Assembly (NCBI GenBank): GCA_964016885.1
Contig: OZ024746.1
Span: 38,068,001 to 38,132,000, forward strand
DNA length: 64,000 nucleotides
Source: Eledone cirrhosa
Taxonomy: Eukaryota
Direction: 5' to 3'
Part shown: in pieces, positions 1-12,100 of the stretch
Layout of the letters: each line of letters begins with the position of its first letter
Position numbering within the stretch: the first letter of the stretch is position 1
Notes under the pieces: model-generated
Databases searched by the model: none
The model's input: only the letters and a program-made list of their open reading frames with translations
What the model was told of the DNA's origin: nothing
Translations under genes and position numbers: made by a program

Positions 1-119
1 CATGGATGTTTGTAGCTATAACATAAACATATGAATTTTTTTAAAAAAACTAAACATAAGATAATTAATTTTCACACACTATGGATACTTGTCTCATTCA
101 GGAATACTGATATTTACAA

Positions 120-827
120 TATAGTGGATGTTTTATAAATACTAATACATTAAAACATAGGGTTTTTACGCCTCGCATATATCTGGTTATTTTTAAATTT
201 TTTCTCTCGCTATATTTTTTTCTCTCTCTATATTTTTTCTCTCTCGATATATCTCCCTTACATTAATACTAGAGCTAAATAAATAAATAAATAAATAAAT
301 GTATCATTGATACATTTACTCAAAATGACCTCCCACTACCTAATTTTCTATATATATATGTATCTATCTCTATTTCCTCTCTCTCTATATATATATATCT
401 CTTTCGGTTTCTTTACATGAAGTTCTTCTCTTTATCTATCTTTCCATCTCTATATTTTGTTCCATGCATTTCTTCTTTTTCTTCCTTTTCTTCGTTTTCT
501 GTCTTTCTTTCTTTTTTTCTCTCTTTCTTTCTCTCTGTATGAAATTTTTTCACTGCCAGCTTAACCTCTTCAAATGCAAGTCGGTGTTATAACGGTATGT
601 CGAATCTATTTATCTATAAAACTGTTTATATTGTATTTTGTCTGAGGAAGGCATAGCATATTGTTAATATGATATCCCCGAAATATATATAATGAAATAA
701 ATATGGTTTTATAAATATAGTTTCCATTTATTTAATATTGTAAATATACTCCAAATATTTGTCGAGTGCTTTTATATCAGTTATAAATATTTACTAGTTG
801 TAACCCAACAATTTTAAATATAACTTT

Positions 828-830
<3 letters not shown>
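120..830 (+). mobile_element. 3' end/pLTR of PLE family B (5' boundary uncertain), ending at (TA)n
   Basis: Pyrimidine-rich UTR-like sequence, HHR at 634-699, then a 3' end shared with 22404-22565, 32698-32890 (-) and 37180-37380. Confidence 0.7.
634..699 (+). ncRNA. Minimal type I hammerhead ribozyme (family B)
   Basis: tattttgt-CTGAGGA-stem II (imperfect)-GAAA-T-ATAT-A-TA-atgaaata; palindromic loop 3, AUA cleavage triplet. Confidence 0.7.

Positions 831-883
<53 letters not shown>
830..883. repeat. (TA)n, left flank of the family A locus
   Basis: Pure TA run. Confidence 0.95.
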
Positions 884-889
<6 letters not shown>

Positions 890-919
890 AGATCAAAAGA
901 TGGTTAAAGGAGTTCCATA

Positions 920-990
920 TATTTTATTATGCGCATTTCAAAAACAAACATCATCAAGCAATAATATTTGTGTTTTCATCAGATAAAACA
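920..990 (-). ncRNA. Hammerhead ribozyme, family A (inverted arm)
   Basis: Reverse complement of 3026-3096. Confidence 0.88.
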
Positions 991-1973
991 GGAGAACATG
1001 ATATGAAGGCTAAAAAAACACTTGTTGATAGTGCAGTTTTAAATCAACATATGAAAAGTGGTTTTAGATTGATGTGTGATATTGGGAAAAATATTTTATT
1101 TAGAGAGGGGGGGTAAAGGATGAAAAGGGAAGGAGATGAGAGGGAGAGATGGGTGATACAGAGAAAGAGATAGTTTTTATAACTGAGAGGAGATATATTT
1201 TTTATATAGAGGGGTTGAAAACCGTTGGAAGATACTGTATAAATTAAAAATTTTGAAAATTAACGAAGGTAGGATATGTGCGAGGAAAAAATATTTTATT
1301 TAGGGAGGGGGGGGGGTGCAAAGGATGAAAAAAAAAAGGGGGGAGGAGATGAGAGTGAAGGTGGAGAGGGAGAGATGGGTGATAGAGAGAAAGAGATAGT
1401 TTTATAACTGAGAAAAAGATATATTGTTTTAATATAGAGAGGTTGGGAACCGTTGGAAGATAATGTATAAATTAAAGGAATTTGAAAATTAACGAAGGGA
1501 AATTATGTATGAAGATAGAGAGAAAAAAATAATAATTGTGGGTGAATATTCTAACGTCAAAAGAAGAAATGTATGTATTGTGGCAATTTCAAAATTAGCG
1601 AAGAGAAAAATGTTAAGGTTTATGTGTAGAAGGATTTGAGAAAAATAATGTAAAGTTAAAGTTTGTATATTGAATTCATATGTATTAATAATGAGTTCGT
1701 TGATGGGGAGAAAAAAATAATAATAAATTAAGGATGAAATTGAGATTAAAAAGATTTATGATAGAGAGAAAAAATAATAATGATTGCGGATGAATATTCA
1801 AAATGTCAAAAACAAATGTTATTGTTTTACGAGAAGATAGAATGAGGGTAATGAGTAAACGAGTATTATAGAGTGTATAATGCCCTTTAAAGTAAGGTAG
1901 ATGGGTATATTTTAAAGAGGTGTATGTATATGTGCCTTTGAGAAAAGATTCTAAATTGATAAAGAATTGAATA

Positions 1974-2740
1974 TTAACTGTATACTTTGTGAAAAGTTCT
2001 ATGGAATTTATGCAGGCAGATAGAAAACAAATCTGAGCGTCTATTTATTATGGAATCTAGGTTAGAGATAATGGTAAATTTTTCATTTAGGCAGAGATTA
2101 CAGATTTTAGATAGAGAGCTGTTCAAGTATGAGGATGCAGAAGAAATCTTTTTCCAAAAGATGTTATATTTAATGTTTTTGTCTTTTAAGGACCATATGA
2201 GTTCTGAGAGAGCAGTGTTAGTTCTTTTAAGTTTGTATTTGAAAGATGAATGATGATTATAGAGACGAGCTTTAAAAGAGGTGGAAGTGGAGCCAAAATA
2301 GGTGAAGGAATTGGTGCTAGTTATAATTTTACATTCATAAATTAAGTTTTTATCGAGGCAATGGTTGTTGAGAGGACATTTATTTTTAATGCGGCAGTTG
2401 CAATTAGAGAGATTATTAATGAGAGATCTAGTGTTATCTATAGAAGGAATTGAATTGGAGAAGTTGTTTGCGATAGGAATAATAGGAATAATAGTTTCTT
2501 GATTTAGAGTTGGATTATGAACATTTAGCGAAGTTGTGTTTGACGTTGTATTTGGGTTTACAGAAGTTAGCCTAGGGTTTACAATGACGTCGGGAGTACT
2601 ATTACTGTTATTATGAAATTCAATATTGGAAGGAAGAGATTTAGTATTTAATATTTTGTTGTTGTGTTTAGAGATGATGTTGGAAATATTGGAGGATGTA
2701 GAATACGAAAATTTGATGGTGTGTTTGTTAAATATTTTAC
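1974..2740 (-). pseudogene. Truncated linker + GIY-YIG endonuclease reading frame
   Basis: KIFNKHTIKFSYST..CNCRIKNKCPLNNHC..NLIYECK..TYFGSTSTSFKARLYNH..CNLCLNEK..CLHK; the ORF-track start at 2765 lies across the inversion junction. Confidence 0.88.
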
Positions 2741-3025
2741 ATATCCTCCCATCGTTAATTTTCAAAATTTTTAATTCATACAGTATCTTCCAACGGTTTT
2801 CAACCCCTCTATATAAAAAATATATCCCCTCTCAGTTATAAAAACTATCTCTTTCTCTCTATCACCCATCTCTCCCTCTCATCTCCTTCCCTTTTCATCC
2901 CCCCCCCCCTCTCTAAATAAAATATTTTTCCCAATATCACACATCAATCTAAAACCACTTTTCATATGTTGATTTAAAACTGCACTATCAACAAGTGTTT
3001 TTTTAGCCTTCATATCATGTTCTCC

Positions 3026-3096
3026 TGTTTTATCTGATGAAAACACAAATATTATTGCTTGATGATGTTTGTTTTTGAAATGCGCATAATAAAATA
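3026..3096 (+). ncRNA. Minimal type I hammerhead ribozyme, family A
   Basis: tgttttat-CTGATGA-long G.U-rich stem II-GAAA-T-GCGC-A-TA-ataaaata; predicted cleavage after 3088 (AUA). Confidence 0.9.
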
Positions 3097-3300
3097 TATG
3101 GAACTCCTTTAACCATCTTTTGATCTTATATTATGCATACTCCAGTCCCACAAACTGTAGAGTGCTTCTTATCCGATATCTGCATTGCTTTATTGTACTA
3201 CAATAAAACTCACCTCCTACATTAACTTGCTCCTTAACGGTTGAGCGCTTACTCTCATATTGGATACCTTTTGATGGTCCTTCACCTCTTCTTCTACAAC

Positions 3301-4783
3301 ATGGATTATTACAACATAACCAATTCAACTAAAGACATTCCTATACCTGGTAAATCTGAATTCACCAAACTTCTTATTGAAAAAACTGACTCCTTCGTAA
3401 GAAGACTTAGATGGACAGCCTATTTCTATGACCAGCGCCTAAAAGGGAACTTTCATACCAAAGAACACAACTTCCTCGATCATCTTTTTAATTCTAGACG
3501 AAATCCTCCTTCCAACAAAAATCTAGCACAATTCGAGGAAGAATTAACTAAAATAATAAAAAATCTTAAATTCAAGAGATACCCTTACAAAGGACAAGAG
3601 CACCTTGTAAATCTCAAGAACACAATCTCTAACCTAAATTCCTCAAAAAATGTTTTAGTCCACTCTGACAAAACCAAATAACCTATATGGTATTTCTAAG
3701 GATAATTATAACAACCTTATCCTAAAGGAACTTAGGAAAAAGTATCGTAAAACCAACCATGAAAATTTAGAATGCATAAACCTTGAAGCCTATGAGATTA
3801 TGTCAAAACTTGGCATTGAAAAAAAGACCGAACCATTCCTCCCAAGAACTCCGAGGATAAATCTCAAGGATCACCAAAACAATTTTCGCACTGAACTACC
3901 TGTTAGATTAATCGCCCCCTCTAAATCTGATCTGGGGGTTGTTAGTAAAGCCATCTTGGATAGGATTATCCCACAGGTTAGTTCTAATTGCTCTTCTTTA
4001 AACCTAAATTTATGGTTTGGTACTTCTGAAGTGATTGGCTGGTTCAACAAATTGGATAATAAAAACAAACTAAAATTTATTCAATTCGATATTGCCAGCT
4101 ACTATTCCTCCATTTCGCCTTCACTTCTCAATAATGCTCTATCTTTCGCACTTAAATATTCTGACATCACCACAGATGAACTTCACATCATCCTCACCGC
4201 ACGTAAAACCATCCTAGAGTTCAACAACGAATATTGGACCAGAGCCGATACCTCTAACAACTTCGACATCACAATGGGAGCATCCGATTCATCCCAATTG
4301 ACTGATTTAATTGGTATCTTCATTTTGAACTCTTTGAGTCGGAAAATTCCTCAACTTCGCGGTGGAATTTATCGTGACGATGGACTCTTTACTATCCTAA
4401 ATTGCAATATAGTTAAACTTAATATTATTAAGAACAATATACGTAATCTCTTTAACCAACATAACCTAAAAATTGAATTTGATAATAGTATAAAACTAGC
4501 TAATTTCTTGGATGTATCTCTTAATCTTGACACTGGCCTATATTACCCTTACCATAAAAACAATGAGAATCTTAATTATGTTAACTTTAAATCTAACCAT
4601 CCTACCAATATCAAGAATGCTATAGTTAATAATATTGGAAATAGAATATCTAACATATCTTCTAATAAAAACATCTTTGATGCTAACGCCAATTACTATA
4701 ATAACGCACTTTCTAAAGCCGGCTATCCAGATAAAATCAAATATAATAAAGAAACAAATTCTAGAAAACTTACAGTAGAATAA
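3301..4783 (+). pseudogene. PLE reverse transcriptase, unit 1, with extra +1 A frameshift near 3677
   Basis: MDYYNITNSTKDIPIP..; 'aaaccaaataacc' versus 'aaaccaataacc' in units 2-4 splits the ORF. Confidence 0.88.
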
Positions 4784-5703
4784 TTAATCATAACCATTCC
4801 AATAATTTTAATAAAAGACCTAGATACAAAAACATAATCTGGTATAATGCTCCTTTCTCCATCTCTATTAATAACAATATTCCTAAATTATTTTTTAGTG
4901 CCTTAAATAAATGCTTCCCTCCCTCACATATCTATAGTAAAATATTTAACAAACACACCATCAAATTTTCGTATTCTACATCCTCCAATATTTCCAACAT
5001 CATCTCTAAACACAACAACAAAATATTAAATACTAAATCTCTTCCTTCCAATATTGAATTTCATAATAACAGTAATAGTACTCCCGACGTCATTGTAAAC
5101 CCTAGGCTAACTTGTGTAAACCCAAATACAACGTCAAACACAACTTCGCTAAATGTTCATAATCCAACTCTAAATCAAGAAACTATTATTCCTATTATTC
5201 CTATCGCAAACAACTTCCCCAATCCAATTCCTTCTATAGATAACACTAGATCACTCATTAATAATCTCTCTAATTGCAACTGCCGCATTAAAAATAAATG
5301 TCCTCTCAACAACCATTGCCTCGATAAAAACTTAATTTATGAATGTAAAATTATAACTAGCACCAATTCCTTCACCTATTTTGGCTCCACTTCCACCTCT
5401 TTTAAAGCTCGTCTCTATAATCATCATCCATCTTTCAAATACAAACTTAAAAGAACTAACACTGCTCTCTCAGAACTCATATGGTCCTTAAAAGACAAAA
5501 ACATTAAATATAACATCTTTTGGAAAAAGATTTCTTCTGCATCCTCATACTTGAACAGCTCTCTATCTAAAATCTGTAATCTCTGCCTAAATGAAAAATT
5601 TACCATTATCTCTAACCTAGATTCCATAATAAATAGACGCTCAGATTTGTTTTCTATCTGCCTGCATAAATTCCATAGAACTTTTCACAAAGTATACAGT
5701 TAA
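4765..5703 (+). CDS. Linker + GIY-YIG endonuclease frame, unit 1 (-1 to RT, no ATG)
   Basis: Open from after TAG 4762-4764 to TAA 5701-5703: RPRYKNIIWYNAPFS..CNC..CPL..C..LIY..YFG..CNLC; not in the ORF track because it lacks a start codon. Confidence 0.8.
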   Translation, partial: KTYSRIINHNHSNNFNKRPRYKNIIWYNAPFSISINNNIPKLFFSALNKCFPPSHIYSKIFNKHTIKFSYSTSSNISNIISKHNNKILNTKSLPSNIEFHNNSNSTPDVIVNPRLTCVNPNTTSNTTSLNVHNPTLNQETIIPIIPIANNFPNPIPSIDNTRSLINNLSNCNCRIKNKCPLNNHCLDKNLIYECKIITSTNSFTYFGSTSTSFKARLYNHHPSFKYKLKRTNTALSELIWSLKDKNIKYNIFWKKISSASSYLNSSLSKICNLCLNEKFTIISNLDSIINRRSDLFSICLHKFHRTFHKVYS

Positions 5704-6179
5704 TATTCAATTCTTTATCAATTTAGAATCTTTTCTCAAAGGCACATATACATACACCTCTTTAAAATATACCCATCTACCTTACTTTAAAGGGCATTAT
5801 ACACTCTATAATACTCGTTTACTCATTACCCTCATTCTATCTTCTCGTAAAACAATAACATTTGTTTTTGACATTTTGAATATTCATCCGCAATCATTAT
5901 TATTTTTTCTCTCTATCATAAATCTTTTTAATCTCAATTTCATCCTTAATTTATTATTATTTTTTTCTCCCCATCAACGAACTCATTATTAATACATATG
6001 AATTCAATATACAAACTTTAACTTCACATTATTATTCTCAAATCCTTCTACACATAAACCTTAACATTTTTCCCTTCGCTAATTTTGAAATTGCCACAAT
6101 ACATACATTTCTTCTTTTGACGTTAGAATATTCACCCACAATTATTATTTTTTTCTCTCTATCTTCATACATAATTTCC

Positions 6180-6600
6180 CTTCGTTAATTTTCAAATTCC
6201 TTTAATTTATACATTATCTTCCAACGGTTCCCAACCTCTCTATATTAAAACAATATATCTTTTTCTCAGTTATAAAAACTATCTCTTTCTCTCTATCACC
6301 CATCTCTCCCTCTCCACCTTCACTCTCATCTCCTCCCCCCCCCTTTTTTTTTTCATCCTTTGCACCCCCCCCCCTCCCTAAATAAAATATTTTTTCCTCG
6401 CACATATCCTCCCTTCGTTAATTTTCAAAATTTTTAATTTATACAGTATCTTCCAACGGTTTTCAACCCCTCTATATAAAAAATATATCTCCTCTCAGTT
6501 ATAAAAACTATCTCTTTCTCTCTATCACCCATCTCTCCCTCTCATCTCCTTCCCTTTTCATCCCCCCCCCCTCTCTAAATAAAATATTTTTCCCAATATC
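6180..6600 (+). repeat. Imperfect internal duplication (~233-bp period) in the family A 3'UTR, in every unit
   Basis: 'cttcgttaattttcaaa..tcttccaacggtt..ctcagttataaaaactatctctttctctctatcacccatctctccctctc' at ~6180 and ~6413. Confidence 0.85.
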
Positions 6601-6687
6601 ACACATCAATCTAAAACCACTTTTCATATGTTGATTTAAAACTGCACTATCAACAAGTGTTTTTTTAGCCTTCATATCATGTTCTCC

Positions 6688-6758
6688 TGTTTTATCTGAT
6701 GAAAACACAAATATTATTGCTTGATGATGTTTGTTTTTGAAATGCGCATAATAAAATA
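6688..6758 (+). ncRNA. Hammerhead ribozyme, family A
   Basis: Same as 3026-3096. Confidence 0.9.
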
Positions 6759-6962
6759 TATGGAACTCCTTTAACCATCTTTTGATCTTATATTATGCAT
6801 ACTCCAGTCCCACAAACTGTAGAGTGCTTCTTATCCGATATCTGCATTGCTTTATTGTACTACAATAAAACTCACCTCCTACATTAACTTGCTCCTTAAC
6901 GGTTGAGCGCTTACTCTCATATTGGATACCTTTTGATGGTCCTTCACCTCTTCTTCTACAAC

Positions 6963-8444
6963 ATGGATTATTACAACATAACCAATTCAACTAAAGACAT
7001 TCCTATACCTGGTAAATCTGAATTCACCAAACTTCTTATTGAAAAAACTGACTCCTTCGTAAGAAGACTTAGATGGACAGCCTATTTCTATGACCAGCGC
7101 CTAAAAGGGAACTTTCATACCAAAGAACACAACTTCCTCGATCATCTTTTTAATTCTAGACGAAATCCTCCTTCCAACAAAAATCTAGCACAATTCGAGG
7201 AAGAATTAACTAAAATAATAAAAAATCTTAAATTCAAGAGATACCCTTACAAAGGACAAGAGCACCTTGTAAATCTCAAGAACACAATCTCTAACCTAAA
7301 TTCCTCAAAAAATGTTTTAGTCCACTCTGACAAAACCAATAACCTATATGGTATTTCTAAGGATAATTATAACAACCTTATCCTAAAGGAACTTAGGAAA
7401 AAGTATCGTAAAACCAACCATGAAAATTTAGAATGCATAAACCTTGAAGCCTATGAGATTATGTCAAAACTTGGCATTGAAAAAAAGACCGAACCATTCC
7501 TCCCAAGAACTCCGAGGATAAATCTCAAGGATCACCAAAACAATTTTCGCACTGAACTACCTGTTAGATTAATCGCCCCCTCTAAATCTGATCTGGGGGT
7601 TGTTAGTAAAGCCATCTTGGATAGGATTATCCCACAGGTTAGTTCTAATTGCTCTTCTTTAAACCTAAATTTATGGTTTGGTACTTCTGAAGTGATTGGC
7701 TGGTTCAACAAATTGGATAATAAAAACAAACTAAAATTTATTCAATTCGATATTGCCAGCTACTATTCCTCCATTTCGCCTTCACTTCTCAATAATGCTC
7801 TATGTTTCGCACTTAAATATTCTGACATCACCACAGATGAACTTCACATCATCATCACCGCACGTAAAACCATCCTAGAGTTCAACAACGAATATTGGAC
7901 CAGAGCCGATACCTCTAACAACTTCGACATCACAATGGGAGCATCCGATTCATCCCAATTGACTGATTTAATTGGTATCTTCATTTTGAACTCTTTGAGT
8001 CGGAAAATTCCTCAACTTCGCGGTGGAATTTATCGTGACGATGGACTCTTTACTATCCTAAATTGCAATATAGTTAAACTTAATATTATTAAGAACAATA
8101 TACGTAATCTCTTTAACCAACATAACCTAAAAATTGAATTTGATAATAGTATAAAACTAGCTAATTTCTTGGATGTATCTCTTAATCTTGACACTGGCCT
8201 ATATTACCCTTACCATAAAAACAATGAGAATCTTAATTATGTTAACTTTAAATCTAACCATCCTACCAATATCAAGAATGCTATAGTTAATAATATTGGA
8301 AATAGAATATCTAACATATCTTCTAATAAAAACATCTTTGATGCTAACGCCAATTACTATAATAACGCACTTTCTAAAGCCGGCTATCCAGATAAAATCA
8401 AATATAATAAAGAAACAAATTCTAGAAAACTTACAGTAGAATAA
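6963..8444 (+). CDS. PLE reverse transcriptase, unit 2
   Basis: Uninterrupted ORF with DKT, FIQFDIASYY, FDITMGASDS, YRDDGL, FLDV, SNHP; first homologous ATG at 6963. Confidence 0.9.
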   Translation: MDYYNITNSTKDIPIPGKSEFTKLLIEKTDSFVRRLRWTAYFYDQRLKGNFHTKEHNFLDHLFNSRRNPPSNKNLAQFEEELTKIIKNLKFKRYPYKGQEHLVNLKNTISNLNSSKNVLVHSDKTNNLYGISKDNYNNLILKELRKKYRKTNHENLECINLEAYEIMSKLGIEKKTEPFLPRTPRINLKDHQNNFRTELPVRLIAPSKSDLGVVSKAILDRIIPQVSSNCSSLNLNLWFGTSEVIGWFNKLDNKNKLKFIQFDIASYYSSISPSLLNNALCFALKYSDITTDELHIIITARKTILEFNNEYWTRADTSNNFDITMGASDSSQLTDLIGIFILNSLSRKIPQLRGGIYRDDGLFTILNCNIVKLNIIKNNIRNLFNQHNLKIEFDNSIKLANFLDVSLNLDTGLYYPYHKNNENLNYVNFKSNHPTNIKNAIVNNIGNRISNISSNKNIFDANANYYNNALSKAGYPDKIKYNKETNSRKLTVE

Positions 8445-9364
8445 TTAATCATAACCATTCCAATAATTTTAATAAAAGACCTAGATACAAAAACATAATC
8501 TGGTATAATGCTCCTTTCTCCATCTCTATTAATAACAATATTCCTAAATTATTTTTTAGTGCCTTAAATAAATGCTTCCCTCCCTCACATATCTATAGTA
8601 AAATATTTAACAAACACACCATCAAATTTTCGTATTCTACATCCTCCAATATTTCCAACATCATCTCTAAACACAACAACAAAATATTAAATACTAAATC
8701 TCTTCCTTCCAATATTGAATTTCATAATAACAGTAATAGTACTCCCGACGTCATTGTAAACCCTAGGCTAACTTGTGTAAACCCAAATACAACGTCAAAC
8801 ACAACTTCGCTAAATGTTCATAATCCAACTCTAAATCAAGAAACTATTATTCCTATTATTCCTATCGCAAACAACTTCCCCAATCCAATTCCTTCTATAG
8901 ATAACACTAGATCACTCATTAATAATCTCTCTAATTGCAACTGCCGCATTAAAAATAAATGTCCTCTCAACAACCATTGCCTCGATAAAAACTTAATTTA
9001 TGAATGTAAAATTATAACTAGCACCAATTCCTTCACCTATTTTGGCTCCACTTCCACCTCTTTTAAAGCTCGTCTCTATAATCATCATTCATCTTTCAAA
9101 TACAAACTTAAAAGAACTAACACTGCTCTCTCAGAACTCATATGGTCCTTAAAAGACAAAAACATTAAATATAACATCTTTTGGAAAAAGATTTCTTCTG
9201 CATCCTCATACTTGAACAGCTCTCTATCTAAAATCTGTAATCTCTGCCTAAATGAAAAATTTACCATTATCTCTAACCTAGATTCCATAATAAATAGACG
9301 CTCAGATTTGTTTTCTATCTGCCTGCATAAATTCCATAGAACTTTTCACAAAGTATACAGTTAA
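8426..9364 (+). CDS. GIY-YIG endonuclease frame, unit 2 (-1 frame)
   Basis: As unit 1. Confidence 0.8.
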   Translation, partial: KTYSRIINHNHSNNFNKRPRYKNIIWYNAPFSISINNNIPKLFFSALNKCFPPSHIYSKIFNKHTIKFSYSTSSNISNIISKHNNKILNTKSLPSNIEFHNNSNSTPDVIVNPRLTCVNPNTTSNTTSLNVHNPTLNQETIIPIIPIANNFPNPIPSIDNTRSLINNLSNCNCRIKNKCPLNNHCLDKNLIYECKIITSTNSFTYFGSTSTSFKARLYNHHSSFKYKLKRTNTALSELIWSLKDKNIKYNIFWKKISSASSYLNSSLSKICNLCLNEKFTIISNLDSIINRRSDLFSICLHKFHRTFHKVYS

Positions 9365-10343
9365 TATTCAATTCTTTATCAATTTAGAATCTTTTCTCAA
9401 AGGCACATATACATACACCTCTTTAAAATATACCCATCTACCTTACTTTAAAGGGCATTATACACTCTATAATACTCGTTTACTCATTACCCTCATTCTA
9501 TCTTCTCGTAAAACAATAACATTTGTTTTTGACATTTTGAATATTCATCCGCAATCATTATTATTTTTTCTCTCTATCATAAATCTTTTTAATCTCAATT
9601 TCATCCTTAATTTATTATTATTTTTTTCTCCCCATCAACGAACTCATTATTAATACATATGAATTCAATATACAAACTTTAACTTCACATTATTATTCTC
9701 AAATCCTTCTACACATAAACCTTAACATTTTTCCCTTCGCTAATTTTGAAATTGCCACAATACATACATTTCTTCTTTTGACGTTAGAATATTCACCCAC
9801 AATTATTATTTTTTTCTCTCTATCTTCATACATAATTTCCCTTCGTTAATTTTCAAATTCCTTTAATTTATACATTATCTTCCAACGGTTCCCAACCTCT
9901 CTATATTAAAACAATATATCTTTTTCTCAGTTATAAAAACTATCTCTTTCTCTCTATCACCCATCTCTCCCTCTCCACCTTCACTCTCATCTCCCCCCCC
10001 CCTTTTTTGTTCATCCTTTGCACCCCCCCCTCCCTAAATAAAATATTTTTTCCTCGCACATATCCTCCCTTCGTTAATTTTCAAAATTTTTAATTTATAC
10101 AGTATCTTCCAACGGTTTTCAACCCCTCTATATAAAAAATATATCTCCTCTCAGTTATAAAAACTATCTCTTTCTCTCTATCACCCATCTCTCCCTCTCA
10201 TCTCCTTCCCTTTTCATCCCCCCCCCCTCTCTAAATAAAATATTTTTCCCAATATCACACATCAATCTAAAACCACTTTTCATATGTTGATTTAAAACTG
10301 CACTATCAACAAGTGTTTTTTTAGCCTTCATATCATGTTCTCC

Positions 10344-10414
10344 TGTTTTATCTGATGAAAACACAAATATTATTGCTTGATGATGTTTGTTTTTGAAATG
10401 CGCATAATAAAATA
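10344..10414 (+). ncRNA. Hammerhead ribozyme, family A
   Basis: Same as 3026-3096. Confidence 0.9.
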
Positions 10415-10618
10415 TATGGAACTCCTTTAACCATCTTTTGATCTTATATTATGCATACTCCAGTCCCACAAACTGTAGAGTGCTTCTTATCCGATATCTG
10501 CATTGCTTTATTGTACTACAATAAAACTCACCTCCTACATTAACTTGCTCCTTAACGGTTGAGCGCTTACTCTCATATTGGATACCTTTTGATGGTCCTT
10601 CACCTCTTCTTCTACAAC

Positions 10619-12100
10619 ATGGATTATTACAACATAACCAATTCAACTAAAGACATTCCTATACCTGGTAAATCTGAATTCACCAAACTTCTTATTGAAA
10701 AAACTGACTCCTTCGTAAGAAGACTTAGATGGACAGCCTATTTCTATGACCAGCGCCTAAAAGGGAACTTTCATACCAAAGAACACAACTTCCTCGATCA
10801 TCTTTTTAATTCTAGACGAAATCCTCCTTCCAACAAAAATCTAGCACAATTCGAGGAAGAATTAACTAAAATAATAAAAAATCTTAAATTCAAGAGATAC
10901 CCTTACAAAGGACAAGAGCACCTTGTAAATCTCAAGAACACAATCTCTAACCTAAATTCCTCAAAAAATGTTTTAGTCCACTCTGACAAAACCAATAACC
11001 TATATGGTATTTCTAAGGATAATTATAACAACCTTATCCTAAAGGAACTTAGGAAAAAGTATCGTAAAACCAACCATGAAAATTTAGAATGCATAAACCT
11101 TGAAGCCTATGAGATTATGTCAAAACTTGGCATTGAAAAAAAGACCGAACCATTCCTCCCAAGAACTCCGAGGATAAATCTCAAGGATCACCAAAACAAT
11201 TTTCGCACTGAACTACCTGTTAGATTAATCGCCCCCTCTAAATCTGATCTGGGGGTTGTTAGTAAAGCCATCTTGGATAGGATTATCCCACAGGTTAGTT
11301 CTAATTGCTCTTCTTTAAACCTAAATTTATGGTTTGGTACTTCTGAAGTGATTGGCTGGTTCAACAAATTGGATAATAAAAACAAACTAAAATTTATTCA
11401 ATTCGATATTGCCAGCTACTATTCCTCCATTTCGCCTTCACTTCTCAATAATGCTCTATCTTTCGCACTTAAATATTCTGACATCACCACAGATGAACTT
11501 CACATCATCCTCACCGCACGTAAAACCATCCTAGAGTTCAACAACGAATATTGGACCAGAGCCGATACCTCTAACAACTTCGACATCACAATGGGAGCAT
11601 CCGATTCATCCCAATTGACTGATTTAATTGGTATCTTCATTTTGAACTCTTTGAGTCGGAAAATTCCTCAACTTCGCGGTGGAATTTATCGTGACGATGG
11701 ACTCTTTACTATCCTAAATTGCAATATAGTTAAACTTAATATTATTAAGAACAATATACGTAATCTCTTTAACCAACATAACCTAAAAATTGAATTTGAT
11801 AATAGTATCAAACTAGCTAATTTCTTGGATGTATCTCTTAATCTTGACACTGGCCTATATTACCCTTACCATAAAAACAATGAGAATCTTAATTATGTTA
11901 ACTTTAAATCTAACCATCCTACCAATATCAAGAATGCTATAGTTAATAATATTGGAAATAGAATATCTAACATATCTTCTAATAAAAACATCTTTGATGC
12001 TAACGCCAATTACTATAATAACGCACTTTCTAAAGCCGGCTATCCAGATAAAATCAAATATAATAAAGAAACAAATTCTAGAAAACTTACAGTAGAATAA
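10619..12100 (+). CDS. PLE reverse transcriptase, unit 3
   Basis: Uninterrupted RT ORF. Confidence 0.9.
   Translation: MDYYNITNSTKDIPIPGKSEFTKLLIEKTDSFVRRLRWTAYFYDQRLKGNFHTKEHNFLDHLFNSRRNPPSNKNLAQFEEELTKIIKNLKFKRYPYKGQEHLVNLKNTISNLNSSKNVLVHSDKTNNLYGISKDNYNNLILKELRKKYRKTNHENLECINLEAYEIMSKLGIEKKTEPFLPRTPRINLKDHQNNFRTELPVRLIAPSKSDLGVVSKAILDRIIPQVSSNCSSLNLNLWFGTSEVIGWFNKLDNKNKLKFIQFDIASYYSSISPSLLNNALSFALKYSDITTDELHIILTARKTILEFNNEYWTRADTSNNFDITMGASDSSQLTDLIGIFILNSLSRKIPQLRGGIYRDDGLFTILNCNIVKLNIIKNNIRNLFNQHNLKIEFDNSIKLANFLDVSLNLDTGLYYPYHKNNENLNYVNFKSNHPTNIKNAIVNNIGNRISNISSNKNIFDANANYYNNALSKAGYPDKIKYNKETNSRKLTVE

Larger units (their letters stand above)
882..2740 (-). mobile_element. Inverted 5'-truncated arm of family A (endonuclease part, 3'UTR, HHR)
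   Basis: Reverse complement of about 4937-6795; joins the forward pLTR at 2739-2740 with a 2-bp 'ac' overlap. Confidence 0.93.

Noticed and set aside
3241-3300. TTG start given by the ORF track
   Set aside because: Eukaryotic element; homology with the 49578 ORF begins at ATG 3301.
4781-4783. Selenocysteine or stop-codon readthrough as in some PLEs
   Set aside because: The stop is TAA and the downstream domain is in a different frame.
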